Positions 25,194 to 38,297 are shown, numbered from the stretch's first letter. The stretch: DNA of 64,000 nucleotides from Malacoraja senta (GCA_038087875.1 CM075990.1:15626001-15690000); one strand, 5' to 3'. Program-made: numbers and translations. Notes: a model not told the origin generated them from the letters alone.

Positions 25194-26746
25194 TTACACT
25201 CTTCCGCACCGTGGAGTATAATCCCAGCTACACAAAGCTAAATAGCCTCTCCACTTGTGTGTGCCTCCAACAAATGTTCACAGAGCCTTGCAACCCCAAT
25301 ATAGTGACAAAGATAATTTTGCCTTTCATGCCACAAGGAGAAATTTACTAAATTTGCTATTTCACTGGAGAGATGCGTTTGAAGGGGATTTGACTTATCT
25401 ATAATGTGCAGAGTTACATTCAAGAAAAACACCAAGAAATAGGGGCAGGAATGGGTTATTTCATGGACTGCCGGAGCAGGTAGTTGAGGCAGAATAAATG
25501 ACAACATTTAAAAGACACTTGGACAGGTACATGGTTAAATTATGATGAACCCACCATCCCAGCTGTTGGGTCAGGAGCCTGCAAAGAATCACTTACTTAG
25601 ACTGCTCTACAAACCACCAGATGGTATACAGTGGCAATGACACAACACTTGCATACAAACTGCCCCATTTTCTCAAACTGCCTGGATTCTAAAAACATAA
25701 ATTTGGATTTTCAAAGCATAAATTATGTGGTGTAAATAGTTCCCAGCACTATATATAGTTCAGAGCTGCTTCCCTCTTTATTGCTGTCGGGAAGACTGAA
25801 AAATCTCATCCATCTTCACAAAGAAACTCTTGAGCTTCCAGCACACAGTCTCACCGTCACCCATAACTGCAACAGAATTAATTCTTGGCCAACCCAGATT
25901 ATATTTAACTCGTTCTTCATTATTTGCTGTGCTGATCACAAAATTACTTTCTCTTCCATTATTTTCCCCACATTAAGAAGTAGGCAGCTGGTCAGCTCCT
26001 GGGCCTGAGTGATGACCATCACAATTAATTACTGTGACATTGCAGACAAAGAGTGAAAGAGCCAAACTCTCAACCTCCCGGTAAAATGACCTTCACTTGT
26101 TCCGAGGATTTGGTTTTACAGTCAGACCGACATGTTGATCTCCTTCTGCACTAATATATAACCTTCATCGTTAAATTGTGACAGAACGCCTTTGCTGTAA
26201 GTAAATCAAGTTTTGGATGGTGTCACAAGGACTGCGTGCATGTCCCATAAAATGGGATGGATTCCACCCCCTGCCGGAGATTATTTTCTGGGTTTGTTGT
26301 GGCTCGAATCCTTGCAGCCAAGTCAATGGATATTTTTTTATAGATACTTGATTCGTATCTAACTTGAGCAGGAGTTATGGGGAGAATAACCAGGAGAATG
26401 GGGTTAAGAGGGAAAGATAGATCAGCCATGATTGAATGGTGGAGTAGACTTGATGGGCCAAAAGGCATAATTCTGTTCCTATCATTTATGAACATGAATT
26501 TAAGAGGAACTGACAGGGCTTGAAGATTTGAAAAGTACCATAAAACCAGAGGAGAATTCATCAGCATGGCCGTTCTTTATAGAGAGATGCATGCAAGACT
26601 ATCCTAACAGGTTTATTTCCACAGTGGTGTCCAATTAGTCTATGTTTAATATCATCTTAAGGCAGTCTCAATATAGCAGCAGTTTTAAATGTTAACATAT
26701 GCCTGCATCAAACACTGGCTTTGGAATATGAGAAATTGTGGCATAA

Positions 26747-26992
26747 CCCAGGTTCGATCCCGACTACGGGTGCTGTCTGTACGGAGTTTGTACGTTCTCC
26801 CCATGACCTGCATGGGTTTTCTCCGAGATCTTCGGTTTCCTCCCACACTCCAGAGACGTATAGGTTTGTAGGTTAATTGGCTTGGTAAATGTAAAAATTG
26901 TCCCTAGTGGGTGTAGGATCGTGTTAATGTGTGGCTGGTCGGCACGGACCCGGTGGGCCTGTGGCTGCGGTGTATCTCTAAACTAAACTAAA
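26747..26992 (+). mobile_element. HE1-type SINE, 5'-truncated
   Basis: B box GGTTCGATCCC; (ctaaa)n tail. Confidence 0.88.
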
Positions 26993-28209
26993 CGCACAAG
27001 ACATTAACCAAGCATTCTGCACACAAATTACATCTGAGCCTTTGTGTTTTGGACACAATTGTGATTTGAATGGAAGGGCCAACTCTCATTAAAATGTCAG
27101 TGACCCAAATAATTTTTTTTTAGATTATTATTAATAGGTTTAATTAATTCACATAAATTGTTTTGAAATAATTTAATATTTTAATCATTCCTATAATATT
27201 TCCAATTATAGTTCATCAGAGACACTTGGAAACAGTGAATGCAACATCTAGATAGCTACTGCTTCAATGCTCTGTAGGCACAAGGTAACAAATGGCAGTA
27301 GGCAGTGAACACAACCCGGGGGCTGAATTGAATTAGGACTTATTTTATTCATTTCAATACCCTCCAATATCAATCTGATGCCTGGTGCCAAAGGAGTCAG
27401 ATGTTATACTTTGTAAGAGATATCTAACAAAACCTCCCAGAGTGTCCTATCCTTACAAAACATAAACATGTGAACAGAAAGATTTGAATATATTCAGTAG
27501 AAACTAACAAAAGATCCCCCTTCCTTCCCTGAAGAAGAAAGTCTGAAGAAGGATTCAGACTCCAAATGTTGGCTGTCCATTCCTTCCACAGATGCTGTCT
27601 GACCTGCTGAGTTACTCCAGCACATTGTGTTTTGCTCAGGATTCCAGCATCTGCAGTATTTTTGCGTCACCCCTTTCCACCCCATCCGCTCTCATTGATA
27701 TTCTTGGAATATCATAGAACATGCGAGATTCTGAGATGGATTGACACGGTAGGTGCAGAGGGGATGATTCCCCTGAGAGGAAGTCCAGAACCAGAGGACA
27801 CAGGGGACAGCCATTTGAGACCAAGTTGAGAAGTGATTTCTTCATGAAAAGGTTATGACCCAAGAAAGCTGTGATGCTGAGTCAACAAGTACATTAAAGG
27901 CTGAGAGACACTAATTAGAGACAGAATCATACAGCATGGAAACAGGGCCATCATCCATGCCGACCGATCAAGATGCTCATCTCTGCTAGTCCCATTTGTC
28001 CACATTTGGCCAATATCTATCTTAATGTTTCCTATCTATGTACCTGTCACGAATGGAATCAAGAGATGGGGAAATGGACAAGAAAGTGAATCTGAGGCAC
28101 TTTGATCACAATCTTAAATTGGAGCTGAATTGAGGGATAACATGTTCAATTCCAATTCCTATTTCTTACGCCATTAAATGTTAAAGCCAAAACCTATGGG
28201 TTTAGTTAA

Positions 28210-28598
28210 AGCCCCTGTCCCACTTAGGAGACCTAAACAGCAACCTCTGGTGACCTTGCCCGCCACCCAAGGTTTCCATGAGGTCACCGGATGTTTTGAT
28301 CACTCTCCCTAATGGTCGATAGTGGTTTCCGCGTGGTCGAGGCTTCATCTAGGTTGCTGCTATTTTTCCATCATGATTAAAACCGGCCTTGACTAAAGAT
28401 AGGTTGCCGTTTTAAAAATCGATAATTTTTTAGTCGCAGGTCTAGTCGAAGCCGGTTTTCTTCATAGTCAAGGAAGGTTTTCAACGTATGCGTGGGAGGT
28501 TGTAGGAGGTTGCAGGTCACCTCGACCTTGATTTTTTTTGGGTGGCGGGCAAGGTCACCAGAGGTTGCTGTTTGGGTCTCCTAAGTGGGACAGGAGCT
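28210..28598. mobile_element. PIF/Harbinger-type MITE inserted in a SINE tail
   Basis: Long TIR cctgtcccacttaggagacc...ggtgaccttgcccgccaccca; TAA/TTA flanks. Confidence 0.88.
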
Positions 28599-28890
28599 TT
28601 AGTTTAGAGATACAGCATAGAAACAGGCCCTTTGACCCACCATCCATCACCCATTCACACTAGTTACATGTTATCCCACTTTCTCAGCAATTCCCTACAG
28701 ATTAGGGCAATTTACAGAGGCCAAATAACTACAACCCCAGGTCTTCATGATGTGGAAGGAAACTGGGAGAAACCCACACATTCACAGGGAGAACATGCCA
28801 ACTCCACACAGACAGCACCCAAGGTCAGGATCGAACCTCGGTCTCTGGTGCTGTGAGGCAGTGGCTCTACCAGCTGCACCACTGTGCCGC
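28599..28890 (-). mobile_element. HE1-type SINE
   Basis: aggatcgaacc B box on the reverse strand; tail agagatacagca. Confidence 0.85.
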
Positions 28891-29465
28891 ACAAAACAAG
28901 ACATCATCCTCAGCACTAACAAAAGCCTTTTACTAGTACAATACAATTTTATTTAATGTGGATTAATATTTAAATGCATTGCCCAATTTAACACTCAAAT
29001 GCATAATATTTGTGAATGTTGTTCAAGTAAATTGATTTGTGGAATAAAACCTAAAACATTTTTTCTTGTCCTATAGATTCATCCACATCACTTCAAGGTG
29101 TAAACATGACATTTTCTAAGGCGTGCGATGTGGAGATGTGTGCAGGAATCCACTTTCCTCTGTTGCTTATATGAAGAGTTTTCTCTAAAACCTCAGCCTC
29201 GCACATAGATAACGTATTGAATCCCAGTAAACTCTCATTACTGTGTTCCATAGCCTACCTATGATGGTCTTTCATTGGCAGGATGAATTACTGTTAATTA
29301 AAGTAACATAGGCAGAAACAATAACTACTTCAACAACTTATTTTTTTAAAATCATTCAAGTGTTAAATTGTGCAAAGAATATAAATGTTAATCCACATTA
29401 AAAAAAGATAATTATATTAGCTAGTAAAATGCTTTGTTTATGTTGAGGAGATATCATGTTTAACT
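28890..29465. repeat. Old, diverged long inverted repeat (fold-back/MITE relic)
   Basis: ttttactag...ttaatgtggattaa...caatttaacact (left) is the reverse complement of agtgttaaattg...ttaatccacattaa...ctagtaaaa (right). Confidence 0.8.
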
Positions 29466-30065
29466 TTTGCGGCAATATTGCTTCTTTGCCGTGGGCCTGT
29501 CATAATTTTTTATTATCGCTCTCATTCAGGCGCACAGTAAACGCACGTATGCACAGACACACGGATGTGATGTACACACTTGTGAACACACACACAAACA
29601 CATGCGCGCTCGCGCACACACACCCTGCACTTACAACAACTGGGACTTGAAATTGGCGACTCTGTATATTGTCTCAATGTATACATTGGTACTGTATCTG
29701 AGATGCTTATCTAATATGTATCTAAGTGCCTATGTGTAGTGATACGTACTGGACCGCACACAAAGATGAATTTCACTGTACATGTGACAAATATTGTATC
29801 ATAATAATAATAATAAAGTATCATTAAGTACACATGTTCTCAATGAATGTAATGTTAAGGAGCTCAGCGGCATCATGACAGGAGACAGCAGTTTTCTTCT
29901 GACATCATCTTTGCTGTGACATAGAAGGCTATCATTTGCCCCAAGTTTCCATGCCAGCTCTCAAGAGCATCCCCAACTGATTCCACCTGTGCCCACCAGT
30001 TTCCCTGCAACTTATTCTCTCTCATATGTTCATTAACCCCCACCCTAGTTTATTTACAGTTATGG

Positions 30066-30375
30066 TTAAGTTTAGTTTGAGAGATACAGCATGGAAACAG
30101 GTCCTACATCCCACCAAGTCCTTATTGACCGTCGATCACCGTTCACATCCGTTCTATTTAACCCTATTTGCACATCCACCCCCGAGGCACCAGTGGGAAT
30201 TTGTGGAGGTCAATTAACCTGCAAACCTGCACATCTTTGGGATGTGAGAAGAAACCGGAGCACACGGTGGAAATCCACATGGTCACAGAGAGAACAGACG
30301 AACTCCACACCGACAGCTCCTGAGGTTAGGATCGAACCAGGGTCTCTAGTGCTGCGAGGCAGCAGCTGTTCCACT
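30066..30375 (-). mobile_element. HE1-type SINE (further SINE and Rex1-tail fragments follow to ~30870)
   Basis: Core and B-box motifs. Confidence 0.85.
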
Positions 30376-30990
30376 GAGCCAGTTAACTTATAAACTGTCT
30401 TCTGGACGTGGAGGAAACCAGAGCACGCAAGTGAAACCCACATGGACACACAGTGAATGTGCAAACTCCAGAGAGTCAAGAGTGTTTTATTGTCATATGT
30501 TCCAGATAGGACAATGAATTTCTTGCTTGCTGCAGCACAACAGAATATGTAAATATAGTACATAACGGGAGGAAAAAAAAGTTCAGTGTGTGTATATATA
30601 TAAATAAATACACATGCACACATACTCAATAAATAAACAAATATAGTGCAATGATAATAATAGTGTGTTGTAGTTCAGAGCTTATTAGTTGTCGTTCTCC
30701 AAGCATAGAATGTGCAAACTGCACGTGGAGAATGTTCAAACGACACAACAATATCGTGCAAACATCACACAGAGAACATTCAAACTTCACACAGACAGCA
30801 GCAGACGTCAAGATCAAACCCAACTCTCTGGAGCTGAAGGCAGCAGCTATATTACCTCTGCCACTGTGCTACTCAATTGGGATTCTGTTTGCAGCTGTTA
30901 AATCCAAACCAATGTGCTCATACTCTGTCACATCCAGACATCTTTTAAGGCCTTTACCTAATTTGCCGCTTTGATGGAGGGAGCTACGAA

Positions 30991-31139
30991 TTCTTCTTCT
31001 TCTTCTTCTTGCGTATGGCGTGCACAGCCTAAAGTTGTAGGACAACTTGTTCTATTTGATCTTATTTGATTGTGCACGCCAGGTTGATTGCATTCGTCGA
31101 AACAGGGCGGACCACGTGAAGGATGCAATCTTCCACTCC
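30991..31139 (-). mobile_element. Short ribozyme-headed retroelement, copy B (two stem mismatches)
   Basis: Same family with (AAG)n tail; imperfect TSD gagggagcta (30977-30986) / gagggaacta (31140-31149). Confidence 0.9.
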
Positions 31140-31435
31140 GAGGGAACTAATTAAGATGCTGAAAGAAATTCAAGGGGTTCTGATGATGCTGAATGATGGT
31201 GATACAAAATTTATTGAAATCCAACACGACAGGAGAGCATGGAGCATGGATGAAATATAACTGGCTCACACCCTCCACTTTCACAACCCACGTGAGAATG
31301 TACCGGTCATGTTTTTGCCACTTGCAATAACATTTTTATCGTCTGATGGATTTTTCCCATTGTGGGATAATTTATCTCCCTTTTTCATTATTTGAACTTC
31401 AGCCTGGTGCAGAGATTGAGTCAAACACAAGTGAT

Positions 31436-31918
31436 TCTTTAACCTCTTCCCATTCCCACACTGACCTTTCTGTCCTGGGCCTCCTCCATTGTCAGAATGA
31501 GGCCAAATGTAAATTGGAGGAACAGGACCTTACAACCCTTGGGCAGCTTACAACCCAGCGATATGAATATTGATTCCACCAACTTCAAGTAACCCTTGCA
31601 TCCCCTCTCTCTCTGTCCCTCCCCCATCCTAGTCATAGTACTAGTTTCACTGTCATTCTGTTGCGTTTCACTGTCTGTATAACTCGTCATCCACCTATCC
31701 CACAGCTGACAATGGACCACGGTGGGCTCTACCTGTCCTTGATTATCATAGTCGTTTACATATCTTCCATTCATGTCATTTACATATCTTCCTAAGCACC
31801 GTCTATATCCCTTGTTCGCCTTTTCCCAGTCTGAAGAAGGGTCTCCACCCAAAACGTCACCTATTCCTTTCTCCAAAGAAGCTGTCTATCCGCTGAGTCA
31901 CTCCAGCTTTTTGTGTCC
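31436..31918 (+). mobile_element. Penelope-like element 3' end (GIY-YIG C-terminus plus pLTR)
   Basis: Translation SHSHTDLSVLGLLHCQNEAKCKLEEQ...; followed by agtctgaagaagggtctccacccaaaacgtc. Confidence 0.85.
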
Positions 31919-32192
31919 AACACTTCAAAAGGTTGTGTTTCATTGTGCGTCATTCCAGACATGTTCTGACTCTGGCTACTCCCACAGCATGGCAAGTGAT
32001 GTAGGTGTAAGGCTATGATGATGCTGTACAAGGCAGCTGTGAATGTTATATTTGGTTCAACTTCAGAGATTTTTCTTCGTTATTAACGCCACGTGTCAAA
32101 TTTTGTAATTTCAGTTATTAATGAAACCTTTAACGAAATGTATTAGCCTTTGGTTTCAAAAATAAATTGCAGCTAAATTAGCAACGGATGGG

Positions 32193-32404
32193 TTTAAGAA
32201 GGAACTGCAGATGCTGGAAAATCGAAGGTAGACAAAAGTGCTGGAGAAACTCAGCGGGTGCAGCAGGAAATAGGAAATAGGCAACGTTTCGGGCCGAAAC
32301 CCTTCTTCAGTCTGAAGAAGGGTTTCGGCCCGAAACGTTGCCTATTTCCTTCGCTCCATAGATGCTGCTGCACCCGCTGAGTTTCTCCAGCATTTTTGTC
32401 TACC
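32193..32404. mobile_element. Fold-back PLE pLTR palindrome
   Basis: Palindrome centred at 32311 (cag-t-ctg); TSD tagcaa(c/t)ggatggg 32179-32192 / 32405-32418. Confidence 0.92.
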
Positions 32405-33499
32405 TAGCAATGGATGGGGATGGGTTGAATAATGCGTGACCCATTCCCCCTGCCTCGTGTTCACCCCCTGCAGGTTCCCTGTGGTGGTTTGGCTTCCAAT
32501 GCCCTGGATGTGCCTGAGCAGTGGCTGTTACAGGAGATGGAGCAGCTTCAGTTTCTAAGTTTTCACGATGAACTTAATTGAAATATATTAAAGATTTTTT
32601 GTCATTAAATTACTTTAAAATGCTTAACCAATGTAGATTAATTAAAACCATTAATAATATATAGTTATTTAAATTGTTTTAGTTATATTTTAATGAAATA
32701 GGCCACACAGACAGATTGATTGTATCTCAATGCTAAATCCAGCAGTGTAGAGGGAGGTGAGAGGTGCTGACATCTGACCTCCAGCTCATTCTGTATACTA
32801 GAACATAGAATACAGTGCAGGAATAGGCTCTTCAGCCCACAATATCTCTGCCAAACACGATGCCAAGAGCAACTGTTATCCACCTGCGCATAATTCATAT
32901 CCATGTGCCTATCTAAAAGTCTATTAAGATCCATTATTATATCTGCCCCCATCACCACCCCTAACAGTGTGTTCCAGGCACTTTCCACCCTCTGTGTATA
33001 AAACTAGCAGCATGCATTACAGGGGTCCAAAATGTGTACACAAACACAAACACCAACACCAACACAAACACACACCAGCCAATGTCTTCTGAAGTTAATG
33101 TGTGAACATCAACGTGGCCCAGCCCAATAATACCCATTATTCAAAACTCCCCATTGCCAGCCTCTCGAGTTACATCGCTGATTGACAAACTCCATCACAC
33201 CTGGATTAACCAGTGCAATTGATCAGCAATGGTTGCAATCTAAAAGCAAATTATATTGCAAATAAGTCTATTGTCTATTGCTTCGTAGATGAACCCAATT
33301 TTATTTACAGCACTTCATGCACAACTTCAATAAACGATGTGACTGTCCCAACACAATGCTACGTACAACTAAAGTTTACTCTTTGGAAACTAGAGATCAT
33401 CCAAGACTCTGTTACCCAAGACAGTGCTCACGCTGAATTCTCATTGCTCACCACCTTTGCTTCCAATTCTGGCAGGTTCTGGACCAAACAAGTGTTTGA

Positions 33500-33750
33500 A
33501 CTTTTCTTTATTTGCAAATGCTCAATGTCCTCTCTCCCATCTATCCCCGAAACCTCCTCCAGCTCTACAGCCTTTCAAAAGATTTGCACTGCTCTGGGTT
33601 TTGCATCTTGTGCAGCCTCCAAAATAACTGTTCTTCCATTGGCAACATCCACATTCCCAGCCCTGGAACTTCTTGCTTAGCTTCTCCATCTCTGTCTCAC
33701 TCTCTCCCTAACAATGCTCCTTTCAAATCTCCCAGGAGCAATGTCAATAG
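33500..33750 (+). mobile_element. Ancient L2-like LINE RT C-terminal remnant
   Basis: Degenerate LLQP...LRS...P.LWN...FKS-like pattern. Confidence 0.45.
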
Positions 33751-34627
33751 TTGACCTTGTTCTTACGAATTACCTTGGGACACGCACAATATTAAAATCC
33801 TTCACAGTACAATTTGATAATATTTTACCTTGACGTATATAGGTAAAGTTTGCATTGCACTGATTTGTTTATGCCTTCTGCTAACTTAAGGACTCTGTAC
33901 TAAATTTTCATGCTGTTTGCAGCAGCCTTTAGTTTATAGTAACATCAAACCTTTAACAGCTGCTCTAATGTCTAGAACCAAATAAATGTCATGCGGAAAA
34001 GGAATTTTATTGCACCCTAGTGTATATGACTATAAACGCTTTTGAAAGTGGGAAGGTTCTTATGCTACAAGCATGGTAGCTGTCCATGGTACTGAACAGT
34101 TGGAAACAGCAGTGAGCTATTTGTAACTTGTGAGGGAGCTGGGAACGAGTTTTATATCCATAGTAATTCAGCTGCCTATAGGGTCCCCTGGCATGTGATG
34201 TTGTGGGATCTAAAGAAAGGCCCTTCCATGCAAACTAACTGCACAAAAAATACCTGTGCCAAACTGAGCAATGGAATATATATTTCTTCGATCAAATGCA
34301 GTGCGGTAAATTACTGGTGAATTTCAGGACCAGGAATGACATGAATTATGTCCACACAGATAGAAACAGTTTCATTGCAAGGGAGCCTTATAATTGTAAC
34401 AAAGATAGACACAAACAGCTGGAGACCCTTCTTCAGACTGCTAGTCTGAGTTCCACTGAGTTACTCCAGCTTTTTGTGTCTATCTTCAGTTTAAACCAGC
34501 ATCTGTAGTTCCTTCCTTCACTTATAATTGGAACTGCAGTTCTTGCCTGTCGTGAACTCACATTACATGCAAAACAATGCTGTACTAACTTTTATTTCTG
34601 CTTAGAAAATCACAGTGTGATTAACAT

Positions 34628-34765
34628 CTTCTTCTTGCGTATGGCGTGCACATCCTAAAGTTGTACGACAACTTGTTCTATATGATCTTATTTGATTGTG
34701 CACGCCAGGTTGATTGCATTTGTCGAAACAGGGCGGACCACGTGAAGGTTGCAATCTCCCACCCC
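34628..34765 (-). mobile_element. Short ribozyme-headed retroelement, copy C
   Basis: Same family; perfect 12-bp TSD tgtgattaacat (34616-34627, 34766-34777). Confidence 0.92.
34712..34765 (-). ncRNA. Minimal HDV/CPEB3-like self-cleaving ribozyme (predicted)
   Basis: P1 GGGGUGG/CCGCCCU (G1-U wobble), P2 GAUUGCA/UGCAAUC, P3 ACC/GGU, L3 UUCACGU, J4/2 CAAA. Confidence 0.8.
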
Positions 34766-34785
34766 TGTGATTAACATGAGAAAGG

Positions 34786-34936
34786 TTTAAGAAGGAAATG
34801 CAGATGCTGGAAAATCGAAGGTAGACAAAAATGCTGGAGAAACTCAGCGGGTGAGGTCTGCAGAAGGGTCTCGACCCGAAATGTTGCCTATTTCCTTCGT
34901 TCCATAGATGCTGCCTCACCCGCTGAGTTTCCCCAG
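34786..34936. mobile_element. Fold-back PLE pLTR element
   Basis: TSD catgagaaagg 34775-34785 / 34937-34947. Confidence 0.88.
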
Positions 34937-35096
34937 CATGAGAAAGGAGTCCTTTTGCCCATCTATGACTGACGTAATATCTTTCTATCGGGTAGATGCC
35001 AGGCAGTGAGCTGCCACTGAATCTTTCATGTCCAAAATTGGAGTCTGGGACATGGACATGTAATCAGCCCAGTTTCACTCCATCCCAGTTGTAATG

Positions 35097-35515
35097 GGAC
35101 GGCTTATATTCACTGGAATTTAGAAAGATGAGAGGGGATCTTTTAGAAACATATAAAATTCTTAAGGGATTGGACAGGCTAGATGCAGGAAAAATGTTCC
35201 CGATGTTGGGGGAGTCTAGAACCAGGGGTCATAGTTTAAGAATAAGGAGTAGGGCATTTAGGACTGAGATGAGGAAAATCTTTTTTTCCCGGTGTGTTGT
35301 GAATCTGTGGAATCATATGCCACAGAAGGCAGTGGAGGCCGGTTCACTGGAGAGAGAGAGAGAGTTAGATAGAGCTCCTAGGGCTAATGGAATCAAGGGA
35401 TATGGGGAAAAATCAGGAACGGGGTACTGGATGACCAGCCATGGTCATATTGAATGGTGGTGCTGGCTCAAAGGGCCAAATGGCCTACTCCTGCACCTAT
35501 TTTATATGTTTCTAT
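35097..35515 (+). mobile_element. CR1 LINE 3' end
   Basis: RGDLLETYKILKGLD...TRGHSLRI...VVNLWN. Confidence 0.93.
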
Positions 35516-35604
35516 GTAATATAGTAATTGTGGTGCATTTCAGAGGGCAGTTGTCCTACATTGGTGGATGGGTAGAACCAGTATGACAAATCAGGCAAGG
35601 ATAT

Positions 35605-35875
35605 ACAGTATCTCCTCCCCTCAAGGATATCGCTGCCTCAATATGGCAGCAAGCATCACCGGACACTCACACCACCCTGGCAACACACTCATTTCACCCA
35701 TTGAGATGAGGGCACAGGAGCCTGAAAACTATAACGTCCTGGTTCAGGAACAGCTTCTTCCCAATGGCCATCAGGTTATTAAACACGGCAACCTCAAATA
35801 AGCTCTGAACTACATCGACTATTATTCTCATTATTGCTCTATTATTGTTTGTTTTTGTGTGTGTACGTATGTGCA

Positions 35876-35915
<40 letters not shown>

Positions 35916-35989
35916 TACGTATGTGCGTGCGTGTGTGTGTGTGTGTGTGTGTGCGTGTGTGTGTGTGTGATTACGTATGTGCGTGCGTG

Positions 35990-36062
<73 letters not shown>

Positions 36063-36170
36063 GTGCGTGTGCGTGTGTGTGTGTGTGTACGTATGTGCGT
36101 GCGTGTGTGTGTGTGTGTGTGTGTGTACGTATGTGCGTGCGTGTGTGTGTGTGTGTGTGTACGTATGTGC

Positions 36171-36233
<63 letters not shown>

Positions 36234-36492
36234 CATGTGCGTGCGTGTGTGTGTGTGTGCGTGTGTGTGTGCGCGAGTGTGTGCGTGTGTGCGTATATAT
36301 ATATATGAATATGATCTATATATATTTGTATTTGTGAGTATGCGTATAAATACACACACTGAAACTTTTTTCTCGCTCTCGTTTATCATATTGTTCACAG
36401 TGCACTATGTTTACATATCCTGTTGTGCTGCTGCAAGTAAGAATTTCATTGTCCTATCTGGGACATATGACAGTAAAACACTCTTGAATCTT
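35605..36492 (+). mobile_element. Rex1/Babar-type LINE 3' end with a large (TG)n compound microsatellite
   Basis: caccaccctggc, ggttcaggaacagcttcttccc motifs; tail gaatttcattgtcc...gacagtaaaacactcttga; microsatellite ~35856-36360. Confidence 0.82.
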
Positions 36493-36774
36493 GGATATTA
36501 ATATTGAATGACTGCCAAGTAATCTCATCATTTAAAAAAAAAAATAATAATATTATTAATTGAATTTAAATTCCACAGCTGCTGCAGTGAGGTTTGAACC
36601 GAGGAGTGTGGACTGTTAGGCCCAGTTTACTGCTTTGGTGCTTAATCAGTGTACACCACTTTACCAAATGCGTAGCTTTCACTAATTATATCCAGCAGAG
36701 GTCTGAGAATGTGTACAATTGCTCATGAGGGAATCGATTCAACAAGCAAAATGCATTGCTTAGTAAATTCTACC

Positions 36775-36974
36775 NNNNNNNNNNNNNNNNNNNNNNNNNN
36801 NNNNNNNNNNNNNNNNNNNNNNNNNNNNNNNNNNNNNNNNNNNNNNNNNNNNNNNNNNNNNNNNNNNNNNNNNNNNNNNNNNNNNNNNNNNNNNNNNNNN
36901 NNNNNNNNNNNNNNNNNNNNNNNNNNNNNNNNNNNNNNNNNNNNNNNNNNNNNNNNNNNNNNNNNNNNNNNNNN
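36775..36974. other. Assembly gap (200 N)
   Basis: Run of n. Confidence 1.
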
Positions 36975-37322
36975 CGTTTGGAACAGTCCATCCATAAGCT
37001 AAGATACTACTCATTTGTGGATATCGGCTATTTTCTCTGGAACAGGTGTGCTACAAGGTTGAGAATTATACATTCCAAATCTTTCCCTTTGCTCCACCTA
37101 TTTGGCTTGCTTGTAATTATGTATGGTATTATCTGATTAAATTGGATAGCATGCAAAACAAGGCTTTTCACTGTACTTGGTATATGTGACAATGATAAAC
37201 TTAAACCTAAACATTAATTGACAACCTCTTATTCTGAAACCATAGTTGCTAGCTCTGGATCCCCCAAAAGTGGAAGTATTATCTCAGCACTTTCCCCATC
37301 AAGTCGAATGCAAAACTTTCAA

Positions 37323-37510
37323 TGTAGAAACAAGGAACTGTCGATCGTGGTTTATAAATAAAAGACAATGTTTTGGAGTAACTCAGTGAGTCACACAGCA
37401 TCTCTGGAGAACATGGATAGGTGACAAAGAAGGGTCCCGACCCGAAATGTCACCTATCCATGTTCTCCAGAGATGCTGCCTGACCAGTTGACTTACTCCA
37501 GCACTTTGTG
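37323..37510. mobile_element. Fold-back PLE pLTR element
   Basis: catggataggtgaca / tgtcacctatccatg inverted arms. Confidence 0.82.
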
Positions 37511-38297
37511 GCAAAACTTTAAACGTTTCATATGATCATCTCACATTCTTCTAAACTCAAAACCTCTAACAGGTGTAAGCTCAATCTACTCAATCTATCC
37601 TCATGAGACATTGCCTTCATCTGGTGAATAGTGTAGTGAAATGAGCAGAGCAGGTGGAAGGCAGACAAAAATGCTGGATAAACTCAGCGGGTGAGGCAGC
37701 ATCTCTGGAGCGAAGGAAATAGGCAATGTTTCGAGCCGAAACCCTTCTTCAGACTGAACAGGTGAACAGAGAGCAGGTGGAAGCCTGGTTTAGCACCTCA
37801 TCTCACGTTGATGCAGCACATCTTTCCAGCAGAGCCAGACTGGGCCATGAGCTGACAGAAGGTTCAGTCCGTCGAAGGTCAGACTCAGGCGACAGGGAGG
37901 AAACCTCACAGACATCCAAGAGAAAGGAAGCCTTCTCCTTCACATCAGTGGCTCAATGCAGCTTATAACGAGAGTTCACACAGCAGGCCAGGTTTTCATT
38001 ATTCATAGTGCAACAAAAACCAATACAAATCCATGAGGTTTTGATGACCCTGTGTTATTTACTTTGGTCTTGCAGTAAATAAACGCTTGGCAACTTTTAC
38101 GGTAACAGGTTTGTTGTTATAAGCGAAACAGCAAGACATTCTGATCATCGTGCAATTTCAGAATTGATTTTCAAGAACAAGCTCACACTTTATTTTGTTC
38201 TTCACCTTCAGGAGAAATATCTTAATGTGGACATACAATGAGGAGGCAAGAGAGAGGCACCGCAACAGAGCAGTGAAAGAGGAGTGAAGGATAGAGG

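Noticed and set aside
36709..37136. ORFs containing X runs
   Set aside because: Artefacts of the 200-N gap.
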